Source: Paludibacteraceae bacterium
GTDB taxonomy: Bacteria; Bacteroidota; Bacteroidia; Bacteroidales; Paludibacteraceae
Length of the DNA: 64,000 nucleotides
Assembly: GCA_017464475.1 (NCBI GenBank)
Contig: JAFTZQ010000017.1
Coordinates: 21,853-85,852, forward strand
Direction: 5' to 3'
Part shown: positions 27,652-37,384 of the stretch, piece after piece
Layout of the letters: every line of letters begins with the position of its first letter
How positions within the stretch are numbered: position 1 is the stretch's first letter
The notes under the pieces: generated by a model
What the model saw: only the letters and a program-made list of their open reading frames with translations
Databases searched by the model: none
What the model was told of the DNA's origin: nothing
Program-made: the position numbers and the translations under genes

Positions 27652-28242
27652 CTATAATGTGCGCAGGTCATAACCCTGCGACTGCAAAAATTCTATTACT
27701 TGCGGTAAAACCGCTAACATCCGTTCGTTCGATTTGAGCGAATCGTGAAAATTGATGATACTTCCCTTCCGTACGTCGCGTTTCACCCGCGCGAACATTT
27801 GTTCGGGCGTGACGCGCTTGTCATAATCCCGCGTCAAGATATCCCAATAAATAATCCGATAGCCTTGCTTTGCCAAGGCTCGCCGCTGCCAGATCCAAAC
27901 CTTGCCGTACGGAGGTCTGAAGAGCTTGGTCTCCTTGGGAAACTTCTCCACATTCGCCAGGTACTCCGTTTGGGAGCATTTCCATCCTTTCAGGTGGTTA
28001 TACGTGTGGTTGCCGATGGCATGACCGCCCTTCACTACTTGGTCATAGACCTCCGGATGTTTGTCTATGTTCTCGCCCACCATGAAGAACGTCGCCTTCA
28101 CGCCGTAGCGATCCAGGATCTCCAGCACTTTCGGCGTCACCTCAGGAATAGGTCCATCGTCAAAAGTGAGATAAACCGCCTCCCCCGTACGGAAAACACC
28201 GTACGGGAAGAGACGTTGCCATATATCGCGCACTTTTACCAC
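27652..28242 (-). CDS. Polysaccharide deacetylase (NodB/CE4) family protein
   Basis: YLTFDDGP, ATFFMVGENI and GNHTYNH motifs. There is no in-frame ATG downstream of the ROK stop, so I propose GTG 28242-28240; the start is uncertain. Confidence 0.7.
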   Translation of the reverse strand: MVKVRDIWQRLFPYGVFRTGEAVYLTFDDGPIPEVTPKVLEILDRYGVKATFFMVGENIDKHPEVYDQVVKGGHAIGNHTYNHLKGWKCSQTEYLANVEKFPKETKLFRPPYGKVWIWQRRALAKQGYRIIYWDILTRDYDKRVTPEQMFARVKRDVRKGSIINFHDSLKSNERMLAVLPQVIEFLQSQGYDLRTL

Positions 28243-29192
28243 GCGAGCGAAGAAGCGCCCAGGATAGCCGCATCGCTGTCCTTGAGCACCGAGATAGATA
28301 CAGGTATTTTGCCCTTCCAAATCGGCATGAGGTTCTCGTCCAACGCCTCGCGGATCGGGTCCATGATCCAATGTCCGGACTTGGTCAGACCGCCGAAGAG
28401 GATGATTGCCTCCGGCGAAGAGAAATGAACGTAATCCGCCAGTTTCTCGCCCAGCAGATGACCCGTGTAGTCGAAAATCTCTTTGGCTACCAGATCGCCC
28501 TTTTCTGCGGCGTCAAACACATCCTTGGACGTGATATGGTCGATGTCCTCCACTTGACGGAGAAGCGTCGGCTGGGTGGTCGAAGTGACGATCTCTTTCG
28601 CCGTACGCGCCACACCGGTAGCCGAAGCGTACGCCTCGATACAGCCCTTCTGGCCGCAACCGCAGAGACGTCCGTTGCCGGAATGGTCCACCTTGCAGTG
28701 ACCGAGTTCACCTGCGAAACCGTCATGTCCGTAGAGCAACTTGCCGTCGATGACGATACCCGATCCGACACCCGTTCCGAGCGTAATGACGATGAAATTC
28801 TTCATTCCGCGCGCCGAGCCATAGATCATCTCGCCCTGAGCCGCAGCATTGGCGTCATTAGTGATGGTACATTTGACGCCCATCCGCTCGCTGATGAGTT
28901 TAGCCAGCGGCACAACGCCCTTCCACGGCAGGTTCGGAGCCTGCTCAATACAGCCCGAATAGAAATTACCGTTAGGCGCACCGCAACCGATGCCAACCAC
29001 ATCACTCAGTTCAAGACCTTCATCCTTGACGAGTTGGCGCATACGTTCGCACAACTCATCGCAGTATTCGTTGATTTCAGGATACTGCTGTGTGGGGATG
29101 GAATTACTGCGAAGCACTTGTCCGTCTTCGCTAACCAAACCGAACTTGGTACCCGTTCCGCCCAAGTCGATACCTAAAGCATACTTTTTCAT
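28236..29192 (-). CDS. ROK-family sugar kinase (glucokinase-like)
   Basis: 318 aa. LGIDLGGTGTKFG, GHDGFAGELGH, and the Zn motif CGCGQKGCIEAYAS. Confidence 0.88.
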   Translation of the reverse strand: MKKYALGIDLGGTGTKFGLVSEDGQVLRSNSIPTQQYPEINEYCDELCERMRQLVKDEGLELSDVVGIGCGAPNGNFYSGCIEQAPNLPWKGVVPLAKLISERMGVKCTITNDANAAAQGEMIYGSARGMKNFIVITLGTGVGSGIVIDGKLLYGHDGFAGELGHCKVDHSGNGRLCGCGQKGCIEAYASATGVARTAKEIVTSTTQPTLLRQVEDIDHITSKDVFDAAEKGDLVAKEIFDYTGHLLGEKLADYVHFSSPEAIILFGGLTKSGHWIMDPIREALDENLMPIWKGKIPVSISVLKDSDAAILGASSLAW

Positions 29193-29194
29193 GG

Positions 29195-30451
29195 TTAATC
29201 AATTTTAATATCTTTGTTTACATTTTTGCTTCCCCAGATTGCGTAGAAGAGGATATAAGCCACGCCGATGATAGGCACTATATAACTGAGCAGGCAATCG
29301 TGCGCCGCGATCACACTCTGGATATACGGCACGATACCACCACCGACGACCATCATCATAAAGATTCCCGACGCCTTCGCAGTATATTTACCTAATCCCT
29401 CAGTAGCCATATTGAAGATCGAACCCCACATCACAGAGGTGCACAGACCGCAGAAGACAAGCAGCGTAGAAGCCAGCGGTACTGCGATCACTTGTCCCTG
29501 AACATACGTCTTCGCCATGATACTGTCGCCGATCAGCATAGCAGCTACCATCAGTGCGATCGCTACCGAAGCAACACACATCACCATCACACGGCTGCTC
29601 ACTTTACCACCGATGGCAGAACCGATGAAACGACCGATCAGCATCAAAATCCAATACCGTCCGGCAATCAGACCTGCTGCAGCAAAACCAACTCGCGGCG
29701 TCAGATACGAAATGAGCGTTGCCGGAATACCGATCTCTACACCCACATAGAAGAAGATCGCAATCACACCCAGCGTCAGATGACGGAAAGACCACGGGCT
29801 GCGTTCGTAAGTCACTTGCTGACCTGCTCCTGCAGGCTCGGCAATCGGTGTGACGCGGATTACAAGATAGATTACGGCAAAGACTGCCATCGCGATATAC
29901 AGCACTACGTTCACATCATCAATCTGCTTGCCGGCGAGGCTCTCACCGATGATTGCACCCACCAACATCGGCGTCAGCGCACCGGAAAGCGAGTTGATCG
30001 TACCACCAATGAGGTTCAGCTGGTTTCCGCGGTTGCCTCCGCCTCCCAAGAGGTTCAACATCGGGTTCACCACCGTGTTCAGCATACAAACGCAGAAACC
30101 GCCGAGCAATGCGCCGAACAGATAGACATAGAAGCTATCCAGCACACCACTCATCCATTGGAATCCGATGCCGATAAAGCCAAGAGAAATAGCCGCCAAA
30201 GCGGTGCTCTTGTATCCGCGTTTCGCCAAAATGTTTCCTGCCGGAATACCCATAATCAGGTACGCCAGGAAATTGAACAGGTTACCCAGCATACCCATTC
30301 GCTCAGCCTGAGCCGGGTCTTCAAACGATGCGCCCCAGATCTTACCCACCGGAGCTGCCAAATTGGTGACAAAAGAGATCATTGCGTAGAGAAACATCAT
30401 CGCAACAATCGTGATAATTGTCAGAGATTTGTTTTGTTGTTTTGTTTCCAT
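29195..30451 (-). CDS. Sugar MFS transporter (glucose/galactose or fucose permease family)
   Basis: 418 aa, 12 predicted TM helices. 2 nt from the ROK kinase start. Confidence 0.75.
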   Translation of the reverse strand: METKQQNKSLTIITIVAMMFLYAMISFVTNLAAPVGKIWGASFEDPAQAERMGMLGNLFNFLAYLIMGIPAGNILAKRGYKSTALAAISLGFIGIGFQWMSGVLDSFYVYLFGALLGGFCVCMLNTVVNPMLNLLGGGGNRGNQLNLIGGTINSLSGALTPMLVGAIIGESLAGKQIDDVNVVLYIAMAVFAVIYLVIRVTPIAEPAGAGQQVTYERSPWSFRHLTLGVIAIFFYVGVEIGIPATLISYLTPRVGFAAAGLIAGRYWILMLIGRFIGSAIGGKVSSRVMVMCVASVAIALMVAAMLIGDSIMAKTYVQGQVIAVPLASTLLVFCGLCTSVMWGSIFNMATEGLGKYTAKASGIFMMMVVGGGIVPYIQSVIAAHDCLLSYIVPIIGVAYILFYAIWGSKNVNKDIKID

Positions 30452-30494
30452 AATATTAAATTGTTTTTATTTTGTTGTAAAATCCTTTCAATCG

Positions 30495-30527
30495 GCTGAC
30501 GTCGCGCTGACGTCGCGCTGCGACCGC
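30495..30527. repeat. 11 bp tandem repeat GCTGACGTCGC x3 (third unit degenerate)
   Basis: gctgacgtcgc gctgacgtcgc gctgcgaccgc, abutting the DPP-IV stop codon. Confidence 0.85.
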
Positions 30528-32663
30528 TTACTTTAAAACTCGTTCCAAAAAGCCCAACACGCGCTCATGCATGTGCTTGGCGTTGTTGCCTTTGCGCAGG
30601 AAATGATTGTCGTCCGGATAGAGCTGCATCTCGAATTGCTTGTCCGCCTTCACCAGCGCGTCAAAATACTGCATCGCGTGCTGCACATGCACATTGTCAT
30701 CGCCCGTTCCGTGAATAATAAGCACCTCGCCGCTCATGTCCTCCACATGGTTCATCAGCGAAGCCTCTTCATATCCGCGCGGATTAACCTGCGGACGACG
30801 CATATAGCGCTCCGTATAAGCACTGTCGTATAACCTCCAGTCGGTCACCGGCGCGATCGCCACACCTGCTTTGAACGGATGTCCCTTGGTGCTCATCGTC
30901 ATCAGCGTCTCATAGCCGCCGTAACTCCAGCCGAGGATTGCCATTCTGTCCGCGTCTATCTCCGGACGCTGACCGATATAGTTCGCTGCAGCAATCAGAT
31001 CCTCCGCTTCCTTGATTCCCAAGCCCATATACGTCTCGTTGCGCCAAGCACGACCACGGCAGTCACCGCCGCGGCTGTCCACAATCAGCACAGCGTAACC
31101 TTCTTCTACTAACGCATATTCGAACCGTTTGCGCCAACGGTTCAACACCCGCTGACTCGCAGGACCGCTGTAGTGCATCACTATCAACGGCTTTGGTCCT
31201 TGGTCCTTGGTCACTTTGTCGCTTATCATCAGCATCGCTTCCAACTCCTGACCCTTGCCGTTCGGGATCTTCATCAGCTCCGGTTCAGGCAGACCGTTGG
31301 ATCTCCAAGCCTCAGCCAGAGAATCATTGCTCAGCAGCACTTCCCCACCCTTAAGGGGTGAAGAGCTCTGCTCGATCGAGCGTCCTGTGGACGGTCGTAG
31401 AACTCCCGGGGAGGGGTTTTTATACAATGTATATCGGTTCGGTGTGTCGAAACTCTGGTAACAGTCGATCATCTTCTTGCCGTCTGCGCTGAACCGCGCG
31501 CTATGTATGCCTTCGCCTTCCGTCAGTTGAACGCTGACAGCTGATTTCTGAAGGCCTACTGCATAAATCTGCCTTGTGCTCGGCGTCGGAGCGGCTTGGA
31601 AATACAGCATCTGCGCTTTCTCGTCCACGGCGTACAGCGCGGTCACATCCCGCTCCTCCGGCGTCAGCATTCGCTGCTCGATCCCTTGCGCGTTATAGAG
31701 GTACGCACGACGCCAACCGTCTTTCTCGCTCAGCACAATGATCCTTCCGTCGCTCAGCCATTTCCACTCGTCGAACAGGCTGTAATCCACGAAATAGTTC
31801 TTGCTTTCCTCTTTGTACAGCAGGTTCGAAACGGTCGATTTGGCATTGCACGCAAAGACCTCCATCTTTGTCTGGTCTCTGTTCACGCGCAGCACAATCA
31901 GTTCCCCGCTCTCCGTCCACCGCAACCGCGGGAAATAATAATCTGAATTCTGATGGCTGACTTCTGAAAACTGAATGTTCACAATCCCTTTCGTCGCCAC
32001 GTCATAGACGCAAACGCTCGCTTTCGCATTGGCACAACCGGCTTTCGGATAGCGCAGGCTCTCCATGTCCGGATACTGCGGATATTTAGTACTTGGTACT
32101 TGGTCACTTGGTACTTCACCAAGATAATTCTGCCAACTGAACTCCGGCACGTCCGTCTCGTCCAGCCGTATAAACGCCAGTTGCTTCGAATCCGGACTCC
32201 AAGCGAACAACGCCGTGGTGGCAAACTCCTCCTCGTACAGCCAGTCCGCCACACCGTTGATGATCTCCGTGTTCTCGTCCTTCGTCACCGCCACTTCGGT
32301 GCCGAAATCGAGTTTGTGGACATAGAGGTTATTGCCTTTCGCAAAAGCCACATAGCGTCCGTTGGGACTCATCACCGCATCGCGCACCTTGACCTCTTCG
32401 CCCTTGAACATCCCTTCTCCCAGTCGCTTACGTGTGTGCCGCATTGTGTCATATACAAACCATTCCGCTACCTGCGAATGGCGGAAAATCTGCTCCTCGT
32501 TCTCGCGCTCCAGCCGATAGCGCGTACTTGGTACTTTGTCACTTTGTACCTTGTCACCTTGTACCTTCAAAATGCTGTCCTGCTCCGCGATAGAAAGCGT
32601 TTTCGCATTGTATTCGCCTGCCAGAATCGCCGGCAAAACCGATAATATCAGTAATAATTTCAT
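30528..32663 (-). CDS. Dipeptidyl-peptidase IV (S9B serine peptidase)
   Basis: Start at Met18 (MKLLLILSVLPAILA; CAT 32661-32663). Beta-propeller N-domain and catalytic triad motifs GWSYGGY, GTGDDNVH and DDNHF. Confidence 0.9.
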   Translation of the reverse strand: MKLLLILSVLPAILAGEYNAKTLSIAEQDSILKVQGDKVQSDKVPSTRYRLERENEEQIFRHSQVAEWFVYDTMRHTRKRLGEGMFKGEEVKVRDAVMSPNGRYVAFAKGNNLYVHKLDFGTEVAVTKDENTEIINGVADWLYEEEFATTALFAWSPDSKQLAFIRLDETDVPEFSWQNYLGEVPSDQVPSTKYPQYPDMESLRYPKAGCANAKASVCVYDVATKGIVNIQFSEVSHQNSDYYFPRLRWTESGELIVLRVNRDQTKMEVFACNAKSTVSNLLYKEESKNYFVDYSLFDEWKWLSDGRIIVLSEKDGWRRAYLYNAQGIEQRMLTPEERDVTALYAVDEKAQMLYFQAAPTPSTRQIYAVGLQKSAVSVQLTEGEGIHSARFSADGKKMIDCYQSFDTPNRYTLYKNPSPGVLRPSTGRSIEQSSSPLKGGEVLLSNDSLAEAWRSNGLPEPELMKIPNGKGQELEAMLMISDKVTKDQGPKPLIVMHYSGPASQRVLNRWRKRFEYALVEEGYAVLIVDSRGGDCRGRAWRNETYMGLGIKEAEDLIAAANYIGQRPEIDADRMAILGWSYGGYETLMTMSTKGHPFKAGVAIAPVTDWRLYDSAYTERYMRRPQVNPRGYEEASLMNHVEDMSGEVLIIHGTGDDNVHVQHAMQYFDALVKADKQFEMQLYPDDNHFLRKGNNAKHMHERVLGFLERVLK
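31191..31222. repeat. In-frame 7/8-mer tandem run (CTTGGTC type) in DPP-IV
   Basis: ctttggtccttggtccttggtcactttgtcgc, which encodes DKVTKDQGPKP. Confidence 0.75.
31343..31420. repeat. Cluster of five consecutive short palindromes, in-frame in DPP-IV
   Basis: ccccaccc-ttaa-ggggtg, agagctct, gctcgatcgagc, cgtcc-tgt-ggacg, ctccc-g-gggag followed by gggtttt. Encodes GVLRPSTGRSIEQSSSPLKGGEV. Confidence 0.75.
32089..32117. repeat. In-frame 7/8-mer tandem run (GTACTTG type) in DPP-IV
   Basis: agtacttggtacttggtcacttggtactt, which encodes EVPSDQVPSTKY. Confidence 0.8.
32524..32567. repeat. In-frame 7/8-mer tandem run (GTACTTT/GTCACTTT type) in DPP-IV
   Basis: gtacttggtactttgtcactttgtaccttgtcaccttgtacctt, which encodes KVQGDKVQSDKVPST. 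Confidence 0.8.
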
Positions 32664-32684
32664 CTTTTCACATTTTTTGGCGTG

Positions 32685-32692
32685 CAAAATTA
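32685..32692 (-). promoter_or_regulatory. -7 box TAatTTTG for DPP-IV
   Basis: caaaatta on the + strand, 21 nt upstream of ATG 32663. Confidence 0.55.
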
Positions 32693-32807
32693 CAAAAAAA
32701 ACGGCACATACCAAACCGCGAAAAACAATTTGTCAAATAAATTATGCAATTTGCTGTTTTTTTATAAAAAATAAACGCGTGCGCTTGCGTATATGGAAAA
32801 GATTTTG

Positions 32808-32815
32808 TAATTTTG
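32808..32815 (+). promoter_or_regulatory. -7 box TAatTTTG for the nqr operon
   Basis: taattttg, 87 nt upstream of the nqrA ATG. Confidence 0.55.
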
Positions 32816-32902
32816 CAGGCTTTTTATTGCGGGCAATCGAGATACCGATTTATCGGAATACCGAAAGAACAAAACAAATCAAACTAAATAACTAACAATT
32901 TT

Positions 32903-34255
32903 ATGCAACAAATCAAACTGAAACGTGGTTTGGACATTCCTTTCGAGGGACCTGCGGTGGAGCAGCTGGGTAGCGTGCGCCGTCCGGAGGTCTTTCATAT
33001 TGTGCCCGACCATTTCGCCGGTGTCACGCCCAAGCTGGACGTGCATGAAGGCGATCTCGTGAAAGCCGGTTCGCCGCTCTTTCACGACAAAGCGTTTGAG
33101 CAGATGCAGTTCACGTCCCCTGTGTCGGGCAAAGTCGTGGCTATCGTCCGCGGCGAGCGGCGCAAGGTGATGTCCATCGACATCGAGGCAGACGCTACCG
33201 TTCAGTACGAGAAGTTCGACACCGCAGGCGATGTGAAGGAACTCCTTCTCAAGTCCGGTCTCTGGGCGCTCATCAAGCAGCGTCCGTACGACTGCATCGC
33301 GCTGCCGAACAAGACTCCTCGTGCTATCTTTATCTCTACGTTCGACACGGCTCCCGTGGCTCCGAACTATGAGTGGGTTCTGAAAGGTCAGCTGCCTACC
33401 CTGCAGGCTGCCGTAACCGCCCTGAGCCAACTGGCTCCGGTGTTCGTCGGCATCAAGGGTGGCGCCAAAGCAACCGAGTTCAGAGAGTTGAAGGACTGCA
33501 CCCTCTATGAAGTGTTTGGTCCCCACCCTGCGGGTAACGTAGGCGTACAGCTCAACAACCTCGCGCCGCTGGCGAAGGGTGAGACGGTCTTTACTGTGAA
33601 CATCCAGGATCTGGCTATCATCGGCCGCCTCTTCCAGAAAGGTATCGTTGATTACCAGAAGAAAGTGGCGCTGACCGGTCCGTTGGCGTACGGCAAGCAG
33701 TACTACAACGTCCTGCCTGGTATGCCGGTTTCGGCTATCCTGACGAGCAACGTACACACCGAGTGCCCCTGCCGTTATGTAGCAGGCAACGTGCTTTCCG
33801 GACGTCAGATCAGCCTCGACGACATCATCTCCGTTTATGACAACCAGTTCACGGTGCTGGACGAAGGCTCCGAGAACCACGAGTTCATGGGCTGGATGCT
33901 GCCGCGCTTCTCATCGTTCCATTTCGGCAAGACCGACCCGGCTGCCATGCTGGATAACTGCTTCACCCGCTGGCTCTTCGGTCCGAAGAAATACCAGTGG
34001 GATGCCCGCCTGAAAGGTGGTCGCCGCGCGATCATCGTATCCGGCGAGTACGACAAGGTCTTCCCGATGGACATCTACCCTGAGTACCTCATCAAAGCTA
34101 TGATTTCCGGCAACATCGACAAGATGGAAGCCCTCGGCGCGTATGAGGTGGCTCCCGAAGATTTTGCGCTCTGCGAGTATGTCTGCACCTCCAAAATGCC
34201 GCTGCAGGCTATCGTTCGCGAAGCGTTGGACAATTTAAGAAAGGAGATTGAGTGA
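32903..34255 (+). CDS. nqrA: Na+-translocating NADH:quinone oxidoreductase subunit A
   Basis: 450 aa. MQQIKLKRGLDIPFEG N-terminus. First gene of a collinear nqrABCDEF set. Confidence 0.92.
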   Translation: MQQIKLKRGLDIPFEGPAVEQLGSVRRPEVFHIVPDHFAGVTPKLDVHEGDLVKAGSPLFHDKAFEQMQFTSPVSGKVVAIVRGERRKVMSIDIEADATVQYEKFDTAGDVKELLLKSGLWALIKQRPYDCIALPNKTPRAIFISTFDTAPVAPNYEWVLKGQLPTLQAAVTALSQLAPVFVGIKGGAKATEFRELKDCTLYEVFGPHPAGNVGVQLNNLAPLAKGETVFTVNIQDLAIIGRLFQKGIVDYQKKVALTGPLAYGKQYYNVLPGMPVSAILTSNVHTECPCRYVAGNVLSGRQISLDDIISVYDNQFTVLDEGSENHEFMGWMLPRFSSFHFGKTDPAAMLDNCFTRWLFGPKKYQWDARLKGGRRAIIVSGEYDKVFPMDIYPEYLIKAMISGNIDKMEALGAYEVAPEDFALCEYVCTSKMPLQAIVREALDNLRKEIE

Positions 34256-35451
34256 TGGAATGGTTATATAAAACATGGAAGAAGTTCGGCAAGAACTTCG
34301 AGGAAGGCGGCAAGCTGAACTGGCTCAGTTCGTTCTACGACGCTTTCGATACCTTCCTCTTCACGCCTCAGACTACCGCCAAGCGTCTTGGCACACATAT
34401 CCATGACGGTTCGGACTCCAAGCGTACGATGATTATTGTCGTGCTGGCTCTCGTTCCCGCGCTGCTCTTCGGTATGTTCAACGTAGGTTACCAGCACTTG
34501 CTGGCTACGGGCCAACTGGCAGCCGGCATGACCGCTGCTCTCTGGTGGAAAGCGTTCGGTTTCGGCCTTCTCGCCGTACTGCCGTATATCTTGGTAAGTT
34601 ACATCGTCGGTCTGGGTATCGAGTTCACCGTAGCGCAGATCAAGCACGAAGAGGTAGCCGAGGGTTTCCTCGTCACGGGATTCATCATTCCGCTCATCGT
34701 GCCGATCAACACGCCGCTGTGGCAGGTAGCGATAGCAACGGCTTTCGCGGTCATCTTCGCCAAAGAGGTGTTCGGCGGAACGGGTTATAACATCTTCAAC
34801 GTAGCGCTGATCACGCGTGCGTTCCTCTTCTTTGCTTATCCGAGCCACATGACGGGTGACGAACCCTTCGTGCGCACAGGAAGTACATGGGGCTGGGACG
34901 GCGGTCATGCGCTCGTGGATGGTTTCTCCGGCGCTACTCCGTTGACCCAGATGAGCACCGGTTCGGCTGTAGAACTCGGTTTCTGGGACCTCTTCAACGG
35001 TCTGATCCCGGGTTCGGTGGGCGAGACCTGCTGCTGGGCTATCCTGCTCGGTGCATGTCTGCTGCTCTGCACCGGCGTAGCAAGCTGGAAGACGATGCTG
35101 TCTGTATTCGTAGGCGGCGCACTCACGGCTTGGCTTTTCAACCAATTCGGCTCCGAGGCTAACCTTGCAGCGCAGTACCCGTGGTACATGCACCTCGTCA
35201 GCGGCGGTTTCGCTTTCGGTGCAGTCTTCATGGCTACCGACCCTGTGACTTCCGCCCGTACCGAGTGCGGCAAGTATATCTACGGCTTCCTCATCGGTCT
35301 CGTAGCAGTCCTCGTGCGCGTCCTCAACCCGGGTTACCCCGAGGGAATGATGCTCGCTATCCTGCTCATGAACGCCTTTGCACCGCTCATCGACTGGTGT
35401 GTCGTACAAGCAAATATTAATAAACGTGCTAAAAGGGAGGCGAAGCTATGA
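34255..35451 (+). CDS. nqrB: Na+-NQR subunit B
   Basis: The ATG at 34255 overlaps the nqrA TGA (the track ORF uses GTG 34252). Multi-TM, with the FMN-attachment region GFSGATPL. Confidence 0.92.
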   Translation: MEWLYKTWKKFGKNFEEGGKLNWLSSFYDAFDTFLFTPQTTAKRLGTHIHDGSDSKRTMIIVVLALVPALLFGMFNVGYQHLLATGQLAAGMTAALWWKAFGFGLLAVLPYILVSYIVGLGIEFTVAQIKHEEVAEGFLVTGFIIPLIVPINTPLWQVAIATAFAVIFAKEVFGGTGYNIFNVALITRAFLFFAYPSHMTGDEPFVRTGSTWGWDGGHALVDGFSGATPLTQMSTGSAVELGFWDLFNGLIPGSVGETCCWAILLGACLLLCTGVASWKTMLSVFVGGALTAWLFNQFGSEANLAAQYPWYMHLVSGGFAFGAVFMATDPVTSARTECGKYIYGFLIGLVAVLVRVLNPGYPEGMMLAILLMNAFAPLIDWCVVQANINKRAKREAKL

Positions 35452-36131
35452 AACTGAATACGAACAGTAATCTTTATACCTTCATCTATTCAGCGGTGAT
35501 GGTAATCATCGTAGCTGTGCTCTTGGCGGTAGTTAGCCAGGCACTCGCTCCGAAGCAGCAGGCGAACATCCTGCTCGACAAGCAGAAACAGATCCTCGGT
35601 GCGCTGAAGGTGGACTACTCCGCCGGCAACCCCGCAGAGATATACATGGTGCTCGTGAACGACACCCTCACTTACGGCGACAAAGAGGTTTACGTAGCCG
35701 ACCTGAATGGCGAGACCAAATATATCCTGCCGCTTAGCGGAAAAGGTCTTTGGGGCGGCATCGGCGGTTACCTCGCACTCGATGCAGACAAGAACACCAT
35801 TTATGGTGTCAACTTCAACCACGAGTCCGAGACCCCGGGTCTGGGCGCCAAGATCGTAGAACTGCCGTTCCGTGAGCAGTTTGAGGGCAAGCACATCCGC
35901 AATGCGGCTAACGAAGTCGTTTCCGTGGCTGTGCTCAAAGCCGGCAAACATGCCGACGGACAGGAGCAGGTAGATGCCATCTCCGGTGCTACCATCACCT
36001 CCTCCGGCGTCAGCACGATGCTCGAAGTGAACCTCGCAGAGTATGCAGAGTTCCTCAAATGTGAAAATGAGAAAATGAGTAAATGTGAAAATGAAGGAAA
36101 GGAGGAAGACCATGTTGAGTCAGAAAACTAA
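35448..36131 (+). CDS. nqrC: Na+-NQR subunit C, with a repeat-encoded C-terminal extension
   Basis: 227 aa. FMN site ISGATITSSGV. The tail [24 protein letters not shown] overlaps the nqrD start. Confidence 0.9.
   Translation: MKLNTNSNLYTFIYSAVMVIIVAVLLAVVSQALAPKQQANILLDKQKQILGALKVDYSAGNPAEIYMVLVNDTLTYGDKEVYVADLNGETKYILPLSGKGLWGGIGGYLALDADKNTIYGVNFNHESETPGLGAKIVELPFREQFEGKHIRNAANEVVSVAVLKAGKHADGQEQVDAISGATITSSGVSTMLEVNLAEYAEFLKCENEKMSKCENEGKEEDHVESEN
36058..36098. repeat. Imperfect tandem repeat (AAATGTGAAAATGA type) forming the nqrC 3' extension
   Basis: aaatgtgaaaatgagaaaatgagtaaatgtgaaaatgaagg read directly. Confidence 0.7.
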
Positions 36132-36729
36132 GGACACATTGCTTGGTCCTCTGAATGCGAATAACCCTGTCGTTGTGCAGATTCTGGGTATCTGTTCGGC
36201 ACTCGCCGTAACGGTACAGTTGAAGCCGGCCCTCGTGATGGGTATTGCCGTTACGATCATCGTAGCGATGTCGAATGTCATTGTGTCGCTCCTGCGTAAC
36301 ACCATCCCGATGCGTGTGCGTATCATCGTGCAGCTCGTGGTAGTCGCTGCGCTGGTTACGCTCGTCAGCGAGGTGCTCAAAGCGTTCGCGTACGACGTAG
36401 CGATGCAGCTGAGTGTCTATCTCGGTCTGATCATCACCAACTGTATTCTGATGGGTCGCTTGGAAGCGTTCGCCATGACCAATAACGCGTGGGATTCGTT
36501 CCTCGACGGTCTGGGCAACGGTTTCGGTTACGCCATCATTCTGGTTATCGTAGCCGTCATCCGCGAACTGCTCGGTTCGGGTCAGCTGCTCGGCTTCCAG
36601 GTCATCCCGCAGTGGTGCTATGACCATGGTTACGAGAACTGCGGTATGATGCTCATGCCGGCTATGGCGCTTATCTTGGTAGGTTGTGTAATCTGGGCGC
36701 ACCGCTCAATAAACGAGGAGAAGAAGTAA
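36112..36729 (+). CDS. nqrD: Na+-NQR subunit D
   Basis: Start at Met10 of the track ORF ([34 protein letters not shown]). Confidence 0.9.
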   Translation: MLSQKTKDTLLGPLNANNPVVVQILGICSALAVTVQLKPALVMGIAVTIIVAMSNVIVSLLRNTIPMRVRIIVQLVVVAALVTLVSEVLKAFAYDVAMQLSVYLGLIITNCILMGRLEAFAMTNNAWDSFLDGLGNGFGYAIILVIVAVIRELLGSGQLLGFQVIPQWCYDHGYENCGMMLMPAMALILVGCVIWAHRSINEEKK

Positions 36730-36730
36730 T

Positions 36731-37339
36731 ATGGAACACGCATTAAGTTTATTTGTCCGCTCGATTTTTGCGGATAACATGATCTTCGCGTACTTCTTGG
36801 GAATGTGCTCTTATCTCGCCGTTTCGAAGAACGTGAAGACCTCAGCCGGTCTGGGTGTAGCCGTTACTTTCGTGCTCGTCGTTACCCTGCCGGTTAACTA
36901 CCTCTTGCAGACGCTCGTGCTTGAGCCGCTGCATCTGGAATACCTGTCGTTCATCCTCTTCATCGCCGTCATTGCCGCTATCGTGCAACTGGTGGAGATG
37001 GTTGTGGAGAAATACAGCCCGTCGCTCTATGCGAGCCTCGGTATCTTCCTGCCGCTGATTGCGGTGAACTGCGCTATCATGGGTGGTTCGCTCTTCATGC
37101 AGCAGCGTATCGGCCTGCCCGCAGTGGATCCTAAGGCTATCACCTCGCTCGGCGATGCGTTCATGTACGCATTTGGTTCGGGTCTGGGATGGTTCTTGGC
37201 CATCGTCTGCCTCGCAGGTATTCGTGAGAAAATGGAGTATAACGATGTTCCCAAACCGCTGCAGGGACTGGGCATCACGTTCATCACCGTGGGACTCATG
37301 GCGATGGCGTTCATGTGCTTCAGCGGCATCGAGTTTTAA
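36731..37339 (+). CDS. nqrE: Na+-NQR subunit E
   Basis: 202 aa. ...[22 protein letters not shown].... Confidence 0.92.
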   Translation: MEHALSLFVRSIFADNMIFAYFLGMCSYLAVSKNVKTSAGLGVAVTFVLVVTLPVNYLLQTLVLEPLHLEYLSFILFIAVIAAIVQLVEMVVEKYSPSLYASLGIFLPLIAVNCAIMGGSLFMQQRIGLPAVDPKAITSLGDAFMYAFGSGLGWFLAIVCLAGIREKMEYNDVPKPLQGLGITFITVGLMAMAFMCFSGIEF

Positions 37340-37384
37340 TCACAGGTAACAAAAATTAAATTTTTTAATAGGTCTAAAATTATT

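Noticed and set aside
28243-28371. The ATG start at 28371 for the polysaccharide deacetylase.
   Set aside because: It would overlap the 3' end of the ROK kinase gene by 136 nt with Gly/Arg-rich sequence. A GTG at 28242 gives a normal-length CE4 domain, although the start remains uncertain.
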